Below are positions 36,252 to 45,114 of a stretch of DNA of 64,000 bases, one piece after another. Position 1 is the first letter of the stretch. Each line of letters begins with the position of its first letter. Below the pieces are notes generated by a model. That model had not been told where the DNA came from. It saw only the letters and a list, made by a program, of their open reading frames with translations, and ran no database searches. The stretch lies in assembly GCA_041661645.1 (NCBI GenBank), contig JBAZUA010000005.1, positions 14,829 to 78,828 of the forward strand, read 5' to 3'. The position numbers were made by a program, and so were the translations under genes. The DNA comes from Minisyncoccota bacterium. GTDB taxonomy: Bacteria; Patescibacteriota; Minisyncoccia; Phycocordibacterales; UBA6065.

Positions 36252-36854
36252 ATGATAATCGGACCAAAATACAAGATAGCTCGCCGACTCGGAGCAAATA
36301 TCTTCGAGAAGACCCAGACCGCCAAGTTCGCCCTCCGACAGGAGCGAAAGGCGGGCAAGGGACCGTATCGCCCAAAGGGCCAGTTCGCCACCCAGATGCT
36401 CGAGAAGCAGAAGGCGCGACTCTCATACGGCATGGGCGAGCGACAGTTCAAGAAGTACGTCAAGGAATCGGTTGCCAAGAAGGGCAACACGACCCAGGCC
36501 CTCTTCGTCCGCCTCGAGTCCCGTCTCGACAATGTCGTCTATCGCCTCGGCTTCGCCTCTACGCGACTCGCCGCCCGTCAGATGATTTCCCACGGACACA
36601 TCACCGTGGACGGAAAGAAGGTCACCATCGCCTCCTTCTCGACGAAGGCAGGGGAGAAGATCTCGCTCCGCGCCTCGAGCCAGAAGAAGACCATCTTCGC
36701 CAATTTCGACGAGAAGATGAAGACCGTCAAGGTGCCTACCTGGCTCTCGTACGACGCGGACAAGAAAACCGCGACCGTCGAGTCTGAGCCAAAGTACTCA
36801 CCGACCGAGCACCTCTTCAACCTTGGATCAGTAATCGAGTTTTACAGCCGATAA
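36252..36854 (+). CDS. rpsD: 30S ribosomal protein S4
   Basis: S4 N-terminus and S4 RNA-binding domain. Confidence 0.9.
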   Translation: MIIGPKYKIARRLGANIFEKTQTAKFALRQERKAGKGPYRPKGQFATQMLEKQKARLSYGMGERQFKKYVKESVAKKGNTTQALFVRLESRLDNVVYRLGFASTRLAARQMISHGHITVDGKKVTIASFSTKAGEKISLRASSQKKTIFANFDEKMKTVKVPTWLSYDADKKTATVESEPKYSPTEHLFNLGSVIEFYSR

Positions 36855-36881
36855 TTAGGAGTGTTTTCTAATATAAAAACT

Positions 36882-37841
36882 ATGACCGATATAAACGTAG
36901 TGCTCCCATCAAAGCCAAAGATTGTTCTCGAGAAGGACTTCTTGGGCGTATATGAAATTGACGGCCTCTACCCTGGATACGGACATACTCTCGGAAACTC
37001 CCTTCGTCGCATCATCCTCTCGTCCCTTCCCGGCGCGGCGATCACCCACATCAAGATCGCCGGCGTTTCGCACGAGTTCTCGACGATCGCCGGCGTCAAG
37101 GAGGACGTGATCACCCTCATCCTCAACCTGAAGCGCCTCCGCATCAAGATGCTCACCTCCGAGCCTCAGATTCTTTCCATCAAGTCAAAGGGCGTCAAGA
37201 ACATCATGGCCTCCGACATCATCATTCCCGGCCAGATCGAGATACTCAATCCCGACCTCCACATCGCGAGCGTCACCGACAAGTCGACCGACCTCGACAT
37301 CGAGCTCACCGTCGCCCAGGGCCTCGGCTACGTGTCAAAGGACGTCCTCCAGAAGGAGCGTGTCGACATCGGCACCATCGCCCTCGACGCGACCTTCACC
37401 CCAATCCGCCGCGTGAATTATGAGGTTGAGAATATGCGAGTCGGCGACCGAACCGACTTCAATCGACTCAAGATCACCGTCGAGACTGACGGCACCATCA
37501 CCCCTCACGAGGCACTCGAGGGATCGATTTCCATCATGATCAATCAGCTCAAGGCAATCGTGGGCTTCAAGGAAGAGGAGGTCATCGTCGCCCCATCCGC
37601 AGAGAAGGCCGTTGCCGCCGCCCCAAAGAAGGAGCTCGACACCGAATTCCTCAAGACCCGCATCGAGGACCTTCACCTCTCCCAGCGAACCACCAACGCC
37701 CTCAACGGCGCGAATATCCGAACGGTCGGAGGCCTCGTTCGCAAGAAGGAGATAGACGTGGAGAACGTCGAGGGTCTCGGGCCAAAGGGCATACAGGAAA
37801 TCCGCAAGGCTCTCTCTGAATTCGGCATTACCCTCAAATAA
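36882..37841 (+). CDS. rpoA: DNA-directed RNA polymerase alpha subunit
   Basis: Alpha N-terminal domain motifs and the C-terminal domain. The start was set at ATG 36882. The ORF-track start 36861 is a GTG directly abutting AGGAG. Confidence 0.85.
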   Translation: MTDINVVLPSKPKIVLEKDFLGVYEIDGLYPGYGHTLGNSLRRIILSSLPGAAITHIKIAGVSHEFSTIAGVKEDVITLILNLKRLRIKMLTSEPQILSIKSKGVKNIMASDIIIPGQIEILNPDLHIASVTDKSTDLDIELTVAQGLGYVSKDVLQKERVDIGTIALDATFTPIRRVNYEVENMRVGDRTDFNRLKITVETDGTITPHEALEGSISIMINQLKAIVGFKEEEVIVAPSAEKAVAAAPKKELDTEFLKTRIEDLHLSQRTTNALNGANIRTVGGLVRKKEIDVENVEGLGPKGIQEIRKALSEFGITLK

Positions 37842-37890
37842 ACTGGACAAATAAAGAAAAAACAGCTAATCTAGTAGCTCAACCAAGACC

Positions 37891-38244
37891 ATGAGACACC
37901 ATTCATCACTGCGAAAATTCGGAAGGGAAAAGAATCAGCGAGGCGCGCTGCTTCGCTCTCTCATGCGCTCACTCGTTATTCACGAGGGTATAACTACTAC
38001 TGAGGCAAAGGCAAAGGAGATCAGGGCCTCCGTCGAGAAGCTCGTCACCAAGGCCAAGGTTGACTCCCTTGCCAACCGCCGACTCATCACGAGCAAGGTG
38101 GGTGACTACAAGGTCGCAAAGAAGCTCATCGAGGTCATCGCTCCGGCTCACGCCGCGCGAAAGGGTGGATACACCCGCGTCGTCAAGCTTCCCCTCCGCA
38201 AGACCGATGGTGCGAAGATGGCCCATATCCAGTTCGTAAAATAA
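37891..38244 (+). CDS. rplQ: 50S ribosomal protein L17
   Basis: MRHHSSLRKFGREKNQRGALLRSL is typical of L17. Confidence 0.9.
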   Translation: MRHHSSLRKFGREKNQRGALLRSLMRSLVIHEGITTTEAKAKEIRASVEKLVTKAKVDSLANRRLITSKVGDYKVAKKLIEVIAPAHAARKGGYTRVVKLPLRKTDGAKMAHIQFVK

Positions 38245-38249
38245 TCACA

Positions 38250-38600
38250 ATGAGAACTACCCACACCATAGACGCCCAGGGAAAGAAGATCGGCCGAGTC
38301 TCGTCAGAGGCGGCAAAGATTCTCATGGGCAAAAACTCCGTCTCGTACCAGGACAATGTCGTGGCGGACGTCGAGGTGCGCGTCGTGAATGTCGCCAAGG
38401 CAGACGTCAGCGGCAAGAAGATGACCGAGAAGGTATACAGCAGATACTCGGGCTATCCAGGCGGTCTCATCCAGAAGACCATGCAGGCCGTCGTCGCCAA
38501 CAAGGGCATGGCTGAGATCTTCCGCATCGCCATCAAGGGTATGCTCCCGAAGAACAAGCTTCAGGCGAAGATCATGAAGAATCTCGTCGTTACCGAATAA
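38250..38600 (+). CDS. rplM: 50S ribosomal protein L13
   Basis: L13-like sequence (KVYSRYSGYPGGL, MLPKNKL). Confidence 0.85.
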   Translation: MRTTHTIDAQGKKIGRVSSEAAKILMGKNSVSYQDNVVADVEVRVVNVAKADVSGKKMTEKVYSRYSGYPGGLIQKTMQAVVANKGMAEIFRIAIKGMLPKNKLQAKIMKNLVVTE

Positions 38601-38617
38601 TACAAAGATAATTTTAT

Positions 38618-39028
38618 ATGACCACCGCAGAGACAAAAACCAAATACTTCGAGGCCATCGGCCGACGCAAGACCGCCCGAGCCCGAGCCCGCATTACTCC
38701 TGCAGCAAAGGAGTCCTTTGAGTTGAATGGCCTCACCCTCGAGCAGTACTTCGCCACCGAGGAACTTCGCGGCATAGCGACCGACGCCTTCACCAAGTCA
38801 AAGATCGCCCAGAAGTTCAAGGTGACCGCGCTCCTCTCCGGAGGCGGAATCCACGGCCAGGCAGAGTCTCTCCGTCACGCCATTTCTCGAGCCCTCCTCG
38901 ATTACGATATCGAGCTCCGAAAGAAGCTCAAGAAGCTCACCTTCCTCAAGCGAGACCCTCGCGCAAAGGAGCGAAGGAAGTTCGGTCTCAAGAAGGCCCG
39001 AAAGAGCCCACAGTGGTCTAAGAGATAA
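38618..39028 (+). CDS. rpsI: 30S ribosomal protein S9
   Basis: YFEAIGRRKTARARARI and the C-terminal KARKSPQWSKR. Confidence 0.9.
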   Translation: MTTAETKTKYFEAIGRRKTARARARITPAAKESFELNGLTLEQYFATEELRGIATDAFTKSKIAQKFKVTALLSGGGIHGQAESLRHAISRALLDYDIELRKKLKKLTFLKRDPRAKERRKFGLKKARKSPQWSKR

Positions 39029-39083
39029 ACGCAAGCTCGGTCTGAAGAAAGCTCGTAGAGCACTTCAGTGGAGCAAGCGCTAA
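38978..39083 (+). repeat. Degenerate tandem duplication (2 x 51 nt with a 4-nt spacer) of the rpsI 3' terminus
   Basis: Copy 1 (38978-39028) encodes KFGLKKARKSPQWSKR* and is the real gene end. Copy 2 (39033-39083) reads in its own frame as KLGLKKARRALQWSKR*. The two copies differ mostly by synonymous codon changes. Confidence 0.6.
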
Positions 39084-39116
39084 GGCACGGCCCATAAAAA
39101 TCAAGACATCACGAAA

Positions 39117-39141
39117 AGCACCCGGAAACGGGTGCTTTTTC
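39117..39141 (+). terminator. Rho-independent terminator: AGCACCCG/CGGGTGCT with a GAAA loop and T5
   Basis: Ends the ribosomal operon. Confidence 0.6.
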
Positions 39142-39356
39142 TTATTGCATCCATCGTCCTCGGTCCGGTTCGCGCCTCGTCAGAGGCGGGCAACCGCATG
39201 CGAGGGTGGGGCACGTGCTCATCCTGGGAATGGCTTCCGCTTTCGACACCGGCGGCCTCACTGCCAGGACTGCATTTCAATCATCGGATCGACGACTACA
39301 CTCGCAGCCGGTTGCTTAGTCGAAGCAACGCATTAACCGCAAAGTTTGGAACGAAC

Positions 39357-39560
39357 ATGATCAATTCAACGGATCTTGTAAAGCCCGAGAGCATGATGAC
39401 GATAAAGGATCCCGAAACGAAGGACCTCATCGCCATCATATACATCGGCGAAAATCGCGAGCACCTGATCTATAAGACGGAGAAGGCCGTGAGCGATGAC
39501 ATTGCGGAGTTATTAAAAGCTTATCTAAAAGCCTCATGCAAAAAGAACGAAAGCCTCTAG
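39357..39560 (+). CDS. Hypothetical phage protein (67 aa)
   Basis: Internal Met of ORF 39132..39560. The upstream part of that frame is low-complexity and overlaps the GC-rich non-coding tract. Confidence 0.3.
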   Translation: MINSTDLVKPESMMTIKDPETKDLIAIIYIGENREHLIYKTEKAVSDDIAELLKAYLKASCKKNESL

Positions 39561-39683
39561 AGCGCGTGTACGCATGGATCGGTTTCCTCGTGTTCTGGCC
39601 GTCCGTGATCGGCGGCGCGTACTCGGTGATCCATTGGTTCGTGTGGTCGCACAAGTTCCTGGAAGCGGCAGGCCTCTAAGCCT

Positions 39684-39953
39684 ATGAGAACTCCACAGGT
39701 AGAAGTGTCGGTGTGTTGCCATGCGAGCCCCATCGAGGACTTCAAGGACAATCCGAGAGACCATCACGACCCAGAGCCGATTTACGTCTGCTCGAAGTGC
39801 AAGAAGGAGTGCAAGGTCGAGGACGTCTGCGAATACTGCCTCGGCGCAGGCGAGGTGACTGTAGACGAGAGGGTGTATCCGGGAGAGCCGCACATGGCCC
39901 CGATCGGTACGGAGAAGTGTCAGTGCCAGTTGAACGAAGAGACAGAAGATTAA
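39684..39953 (+). CDS. Cys-rich small protein with a putative zinc-binding domain
   Basis: Multiple CxxC pairs (CSKCKKEC, CEYC, CQC). Confidence 0.35.
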   Translation: MRTPQVEVSVCCHASPIEDFKDNPRDHHDPEPIYVCSKCKKECKVEDVCEYCLGAGEVTVDERVYPGEPHMAPIGTEKCQCQLNEETED

Positions 39954-40089
39954 AAGCCTTATATCCATTTTCCTCTGCTCATTTTAGGACCCAGGGAGCA
40001 GGATCTCGCGAGAGGAACCTAGCCCTGCGGCCCAGTGTCACTTATAAGGCGGCTCGTATGAGCCGAGGACTAATGGAACAACCAAACCT

Positions 40090-41001
40090 ATGACCGAAAC
40101 AAAAAAAGAGCTAACCACATCGGACCAGTTGAAACTGCAGCTCGCAGGAGACTATCTGAAGCAGGTTACAAATTACTTTAGTGGCGACAAGGAGAAGGCC
40201 ATGAGATTCGTGACCTCGATCATGCAGTCGGTGAGGAAGATCCCGAAGCTGTATCAGTGCGATCGAATGTCGCTTCTAAACGCATTCATGACGATGGCAC
40301 AGCTCGGACTCATGCCGTCAGACGTGTCGGGCGAGGCGTACGTGATCCCATACGACAACAACAAGAAGATCGACGGAAAGTTCGTGAAGGTGCTCGAGGC
40401 GCAGTTTCAGCTCGGCTATCCGGGCATCGTAACGCTCCTCTACCGTGCGGGAAACAGAGAAGTCATCGCCGAGCTCGTGAGAGAGCATGACAAGTTCAGC
40501 ATTCAGCGAGGAAAGATATTCCACGAGGTAGATCCTCGAAAGACCAAGGCTCAGCGCGGAGCATGGATCGGCGCCTACTCGATCATCGTAACCGCCACCG
40601 GCGGAACGATCGAGGGATACATGGCGAAGGACGATATCCTCGCGCACGCGCAGAAGTTCTCCAAGTCATTCAACTCGGATTATTCGCCATGGAAGGAGGA
40701 GAACGATCCCGAGGGATGGATGCCACGCAAGACCGTACTCAAGCAGACGTCAAAGCTCGCACCGAAGAACGAGATCCTCATGCAGGCCTTGGCCGAGGAC
40801 AACAAGGATTCGATCATCGCGGACAGGCTCGAGGCCGCGAAGAAGGATTCTGAGGCTTTATCAATGGGTAATATCTTGAAACATGGAAAAGAAAACCAAG
40901 ACAAGGCGGGCTCGGAAGACCAGAGTGCGAACGGCCCTACAGATGCCGAAGGTCCTCAGGACAAGCCTTCAGCACACGGACCAATCGTCAACATCGGATA
41001 A
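40090..41001 (+). CDS. RecT-family single-strand annealing protein
   Basis: AQLGLMPSDVSGEAYVIPY and QLGYPGIVTLLYRAGN match the RecT core. Confidence 0.6.
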   Translation: MTETKKELTTSDQLKLQLAGDYLKQVTNYFSGDKEKAMRFVTSIMQSVRKIPKLYQCDRMSLLNAFMTMAQLGLMPSDVSGEAYVIPYDNNKKIDGKFVKVLEAQFQLGYPGIVTLLYRAGNREVIAELVREHDKFSIQRGKIFHEVDPRKTKAQRGAWIGAYSIIVTATGGTIEGYMAKDDILAHAQKFSKSFNSDYSPWKEENDPEGWMPRKTVLKQTSKLAPKNEILMQALAEDNKDSIIADRLEAAKKDSEALSMGNILKHGKENQDKAGSEDQSANGPTDAEGPQDKPSAHGPIVNIG

Positions 41002-41032
41002 GTTCCCGGTAGCGCACTACTCGGCATCGTCG

Positions 41033-43024
41033 ATGACCAAGTTCTCGACGAACCCGCTGCTCTTCAAAATCCAGTACATAAACCGAGACAGATTCGACAC
41101 AGCCCAGGGCATATCGGGAGTGATCGGAACCGCATTCCATCAGGCGATGGAGGTGTATAGCGGTGGAAGCGACACGCTCATCCCGACGAACGAAGCCGAG
41201 GCGATCGAGTACGGCCTGAAGTCCGGCATGGACTTCCTCGAGAAGTACAACGACGGCTTCATCAACTGGTCAAAGACGGTTCCAAACAAGCAGAAGGCTT
41301 TCGATCGGCTGAGCTTCGCCTTCACCTCATACGTCCAGGCGATACCCTACAGCGCAGAGAAGATCATATCGGTCGAGGAGGAGCTGATCGAGCAGATCGA
41401 CGTCGAGTGGCGAGGGCAGAAGCTCTCCCTGCCGGTGAAACTAAAGGGACGCCTCGACAAGATAATCCGCGACGACGGCAAGCTGAGAGTCATCGACTAC
41501 AAGACATGCTCAAAGTTCTCGGACCCGGACAAGATCGACGGAAAGAAGATCCTTCAAGCAGTCGTCTACTACCTCCTCGCCTATGCGAAGTACAAGGAGG
41601 AGCCGTACTCGGTGACGTTCCAGGAGGTGAAGCTGACGAAGAACGACGACGGGAGCTCTCAGGTGAGAGAGTACGAGATCATCTTCGCGGATAACGAGCT
41701 CTACTTCGACTTCTTCTTCCGCTTCTACGAAGACATGACCCGCGCCCTCAACGGCGAGCAGGTGTACATCCCGAACGTCGAGACGCTCTACGACAACGAG
41801 GTTTCGATAGTCGCGTATATCCATCGCCTCGACGTCACTGAGGAGGCGGCCAAGCTCATGAAGAAGCACAAGGTTACGAACGTGACGGACTTACTCAAGA
41901 AGCAGATACAGAGCGCCGGCAACATGAGGAAGCTCATGAAGGCCGTCGAGGAGAACTTTGTGTCGGCGAAGAACATAGATTATTCAAAAATGACAAACGA
42001 TCAAAAGATTCAAACCAAGATGCTCGAGCACGGAATGATGCTCCAGTTCGACTCCCTCGTGGAGGGTGCGACTGTTGATCTCTACCGCTACACGCCTTCG
42101 ATGGGCCTCAAAATGAGCCGCCTCGAGGCGTATGCTGCAGACATCGAGCAAGTACTCGGAATAGCCGGTATCCGCATCCTGGCGCCGATTAAGGGCACAT
42201 CATTCGTCGGGTTCGAGGTCCCGAGAAAGACACGATCATTCCCTGCGCTGCCGGATGGAAACGGGTTCGACATCGCCGTCGGCCAGACGATCATGGGCGA
42301 GGCCCGCAGGTTCGACATCAGGACGGCTCCGCACGTGCTCATCGCCGGTGCTTCAGGGTCCGGCAAGTCGATATGCCTCAGCTCGTTCATTCGACAGTTC
42401 TCGAGGATACCAAGCGCCCACATTCACCTCTTCGATCCGAAGATGGTCGAGCTCGCGCAGCACCAGGGCGACGCAAATGTCGTCGAGTACGAGTGCGAGA
42501 TCATGAAGATTAACGATGCGCTCGGCAATCTCGTCGAGGAGATGAACGACCGCTACAGGGCGCTCGCCAAGGCGAAGGTCCGAAGCATCGAGCAGATGAC
42601 CACGATGCCCTACAAGTTCGTCGTCATCGACGAGTTCGGAGACCTCATCGCAGCGCAGCACATCCATACCGAGACGGTCCTAACGGGAAAGGTATTCACG
42701 AAGGGACCTCGGGCAGGAGAGGAGGAGACGAAGACGACCGAACGCAACATCTCGGACGAGATCGAGAACAAGATCCTCATACTCGCGCAGAAGGCACGAG
42801 CCGCGGGCATCCACGTCATCATCGCGACCCAGAGGCCGAGCACGGACGTCATCAAGGGAACCATCAAGGCGAACTTCCCGACAAAGGTCGTATTCAAGAC
42901 CGCCAAGGCGATCGACTCGCAGATCGTTCTCGACGAGGATGGCGCCGAGAAGCTTGCGGGCAAGGGCGACATGCTCTTCGCCGGCAACGACGGCATAGAA
43001 CGCCTTCAGGGCTACAACATATAA
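41033..43024 (+). CDS. Fusion protein: PD-(D/E)xK (RecB/Cas4/YqaJ-like) nuclease domain plus FtsK/SpoIIIE-family ATPase domain
   Basis: GRLDKIIRDDGKLRVIDYKT is a RecB-family nuclease motif. Walker A VLIAGASGSGKS, LFDPKMVEL, Walker B FVVIDEF and ATQRPS are the FtsK_SpoIIIE signature. Alternative starts at 40883 and 40943 overlap recT. Confidence 0.55.
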   Translation: MTKFSTNPLLFKIQYINRDRFDTAQGISGVIGTAFHQAMEVYSGGSDTLIPTNEAEAIEYGLKSGMDFLEKYNDGFINWSKTVPNKQKAFDRLSFAFTSYVQAIPYSAEKIISVEEELIEQIDVEWRGQKLSLPVKLKGRLDKIIRDDGKLRVIDYKTCSKFSDPDKIDGKKILQAVVYYLLAYAKYKEEPYSVTFQEVKLTKNDDGSSQVREYEIIFADNELYFDFFFRFYEDMTRALNGEQVYIPNVETLYDNEVSIVAYIHRLDVTEEAAKLMKKHKVTNVTDLLKKQIQSAGNMRKLMKAVEENFVSAKNIDYSKMTNDQKIQTKMLEHGMMLQFDSLVEGATVDLYRYTPSMGLKMSRLEAYAADIEQVLGIAGIRILAPIKGTSFVGFEVPRKTRSFPALPDGNGFDIAVGQTIMGEARRFDIRTAPHVLIAGASGSGKSICLSSFIRQFSRIPSAHIHLFDPKMVELAQHQGDANVVEYECEIMKINDALGNLVEEMNDRYRALAKAKVRSIEQMTTMPYKFVVIDEFGDLIAAQHIHTETVLTGKVFTKGPRAGEEETKTTERNISDEIENKILILAQKARAAGIHVIIATQRPSTDVIKGTIKANFPTKVVFKTAKAIDSQIVLDEDGAEKLAGKGDMLFAGNDGIERLQGYNI

Positions 43025-43028
43025 AGCT

Positions 43029-43724
43029 ATGGCAGAACGACGCATGCTATCCAAAACAATATCGACGAGCAAGAAGGTCAACCGCCTTCCTGATCGAGCG
43101 GCACTCCTCTACACCTGGCTATTGCCGCACACGGATGAGTTCGGGCATCTCGAGGGCGAGACCATCATGGTGAAGGGGAAAATTGTTCCCATGCGATCCG
43201 TGACCGTGCAGGAGGTCCAGGAGGATCTCGACCTCATGGTGCAGAACGAGCTCATCCGGTTTTACGAGGTAGGAAAGGAGAAATACATCGAGATCATCAA
43301 CTTCGACAACTTTCAGACTTTCCGAAAAGACCGCGACAGAAAAGGGGATTATCCGGGTCCTGATGGAAAAGTACCTGTGGTTTACCGCAGGGATACCAAT
43401 GGGATACCAGAGGTTGACCAGCGTCAGCTTAAGGGAAGTGAAGAGAATAGAAGGGAAGGGAAGGTAAGGGAAGGAGAGGAGAAGCCCACCGCGTCCATGA
43501 AATACCTCTCGAACATCCCTGACGAAGACATGAGGGCCTTTCTCAATCGGTTCGTGGCGACTGAGAAGGCGCTCAGGAGCAAGGCCGAGAGTCTGAAGCT
43601 CTACTGCGAAAGCAAAAACAGGCGGTACACGAATTACAAGTCATTCCTACTCAACGCGCTCAAGAAAGATTTCAAGGAGAGGGACGGAGCGACGGTTGCA
43701 GGCGGTAAGTTTCAAGGCCTATGA
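43029..43724 (+). CDS. Putative phage replication initiation protein (DnaD-like)
   Basis: N-terminal winged-helix-like region, positioned immediately before the DnaC-like loader. Confidence 0.4.
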   Translation: MAERRMLSKTISTSKKVNRLPDRAALLYTWLLPHTDEFGHLEGETIMVKGKIVPMRSVTVQEVQEDLDLMVQNELIRFYEVGKEKYIEIINFDNFQTFRKDRDRKGDYPGPDGKVPVVYRRDTNGIPEVDQRQLKGSEENRREGKVREGEEKPTASMKYLSNIPDEDMRAFLNRFVATEKALRSKAESLKLYCESKNRRYTNYKSFLLNALKKDFKERDGATVAGGKFQGL

Positions 43725-44284
43725 TCCCAGAACAATATCAAAACGCTAAATACCCAAACGTCCCGAAGGACATCCGCGACAAGCTCGAGGCGATCATGGC
43801 GAGTAGGAGGGGCATGTACATCCACGGATCGGTCGGCACCGGCAAGACGTACATCGCCTACGCGCTGAAGGCGGAGTGGGACGGAAGGTCCACGGTCAAG
43901 TCAATGTTCTGGGACGCGACCGAGCTCATGAGGGAGATCAAGGCCGACTTCGACCGGCCCGCAGATGCGAAGACGAGGGCCGAGGAGCGCATCATGAACT
44001 TCAAGGGCTTGCTCTTCATCGACGACATCGGAGCGGAGAAGATGACCGACTTCGTTGCAGAGACGATACACGTCATCATCAACCACCGATACAACAACCG
44101 CATGCCGGTCATCTTCACGTCGAACTTCCCCGTGAGCGACCTGGCGGAGCACCTCGGAGGCCTAGCCGGCGAGCGCATAGCATCGAGGATCGTCCAGGAG
44201 TGCGACATCATCGAGCTCACCGGGGACGACAAGAGGATGAAGAACCCGCAGAAGATAAAGGTCCGATCGCCATTCGCTAACTAG
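43721..44284 (+). CDS. DnaC/IstB-like AAA+ helicase loader
   Basis: Walker A GSVGTGKTYIAYAL and Walker B LLFIDDIG. Confidence 0.65.
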   Translation: MIPEQYQNAKYPNVPKDIRDKLEAIMASRRGMYIHGSVGTGKTYIAYALKAEWDGRSTVKSMFWDATELMREIKADFDRPADAKTRAEERIMNFKGLLFIDDIGAEKMTDFVAETIHVIINHRYNNRMPVIFTSNFPVSDLAEHLGGLAGERIASRIVQECDIIELTGDDKRMKNPQKIKVRSPFAN

Positions 44285-44287
44285 CCC

Positions 44288-44710
44288 ATGGAAACCATCA
44301 CCTTTGAAATAGCAGGCAACCACGACGACCCGATCGGAAACCCGCTACCTAAGCATCGCAAGACGATGAAGCAGCAGTGGACTCCCGAGGCGCAGCGCTA
44401 TCATGCATACCTCGAGCACGTGAGGGCCTGCTTCCTCGGAGAGTTCATGAAGGACGAATACAAGGCGATGCGGGCGAAGTACTTCACGCTCGCGGAGCGA
44501 GAGCCGCTCGAGACGGGAAAGCTCAAGTGCCGGATGACCCTGATGATCTACTGGAAGAACGAGGCACACGGCGATCCCGAGAACGTCTTCGGGGCGATCG
44601 CCGATGCGATATTCGTCCAGGACAAGTATCTCGCGCCGGTCGTCGACTTCCAGTTGAGGCCCGCGGGCGCAGGTCTGGTCAAGGCAAGGATAGATATAAA
44701 CGCTAACTAA
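44288..44710 (+). CDS. RusA-like Holliday junction resolvase (tentative)
   Basis: Size and the DPENVFGAIADAIF..DK region resemble the RusA catalytic Asp cluster. Confidence 0.4.
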   Translation: METITFEIAGNHDDPIGNPLPKHRKTMKQQWTPEAQRYHAYLEHVRACFLGEFMKDEYKAMRAKYFTLAEREPLETGKLKCRMTLMIYWKNEAHGDPENVFGAIADAIFVQDKYLAPVVDFQLRPAGAGLVKARIDINAN

Positions 44711-44717
44711 ATAATTT

Positions 44718-44906
44718 ATGGCAAAAGGAATAATGCACACGAATCACGTCCCGCGAAAGAACTACGTCTACGAGTTCGACGGGGTAAAGCTCGACTTCAC
44801 CCTTCGCCAAGACATCAAGGGCGAGATGGTCGCCTTCATGGAAATGATGGCCCGGGCGATGAAGGACATCGAGCGGGATCTCGAGAGCGTCGGCCCTAAG
44901 AAATAA
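44718..44906 (+). CDS. Hypothetical phage protein (62 aa)
   Basis: ORF only. Confidence 0.3.
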   Translation: MAKGIMHTNHVPRKNYVYEFDGVKLDFTLRQDIKGEMVAFMEMMARAMKDIERDLESVGPKK

Positions 44907-44910
44907 GCCC

Positions 44911-45108
44911 ATGATGTACCTAATCAAACGAGACATAGCCGAGGGTTGGGAGAAGGGCAAGGTGTTCAGCGACAAGTGCCTCGCCGACACCATCTGTCAC
45001 CAGAGCTCGCACGTCCTCGTGCCATCCCTCATCGGCATCTGGCTATTCCTCGGGTGGATAAGGCCGGAAAGCCGGAAGCTCAAGGTCAAGTCGATTAAGG
45101 ATAAATAG
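44911..45108 (+). CDS. Hypothetical phage protein (65 aa)
   Basis: ORF only; hydrophobic C-terminus. Confidence 0.3.
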   Translation: MMYLIKRDIAEGWEKGKVFSDKCLADTICHQSSHVLVPSLIGIWLFLGWIRPESRKLKVKSIKDK

Positions 45109-45114
45109 CCATCC

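Noticed and set aside
36861-36881. GTG start for rpoA at 36861
   Set aside because: It directly abuts AGGAG with zero spacing. The in-frame ATG at 36882 was preferred.
39132-39356. Long form of ORF 39132..39560 and ORF 39145..39336, and a possible tRNA/tmRNA/RNase P in the same tract
   Set aside because: The encoded peptides are low-complexity and start inside the rps terminator. I could not fold a cloverleaf or find a canonical T-loop (GTTCRANYC) or RNase P or tmRNA conserved boxes on either strand. The tract is kept as an unexplained structured non-coding region.
40883-41032. Upstream starts (40883, 40943) for the nuclease-FtsK gene
   Set aside because: They would overlap the end of recT by 60-120 nt, and the encoded N-terminal extension is a basic, low-complexity run. 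The first ATG after the recT stop (41033) was used, but the true start is uncertain.
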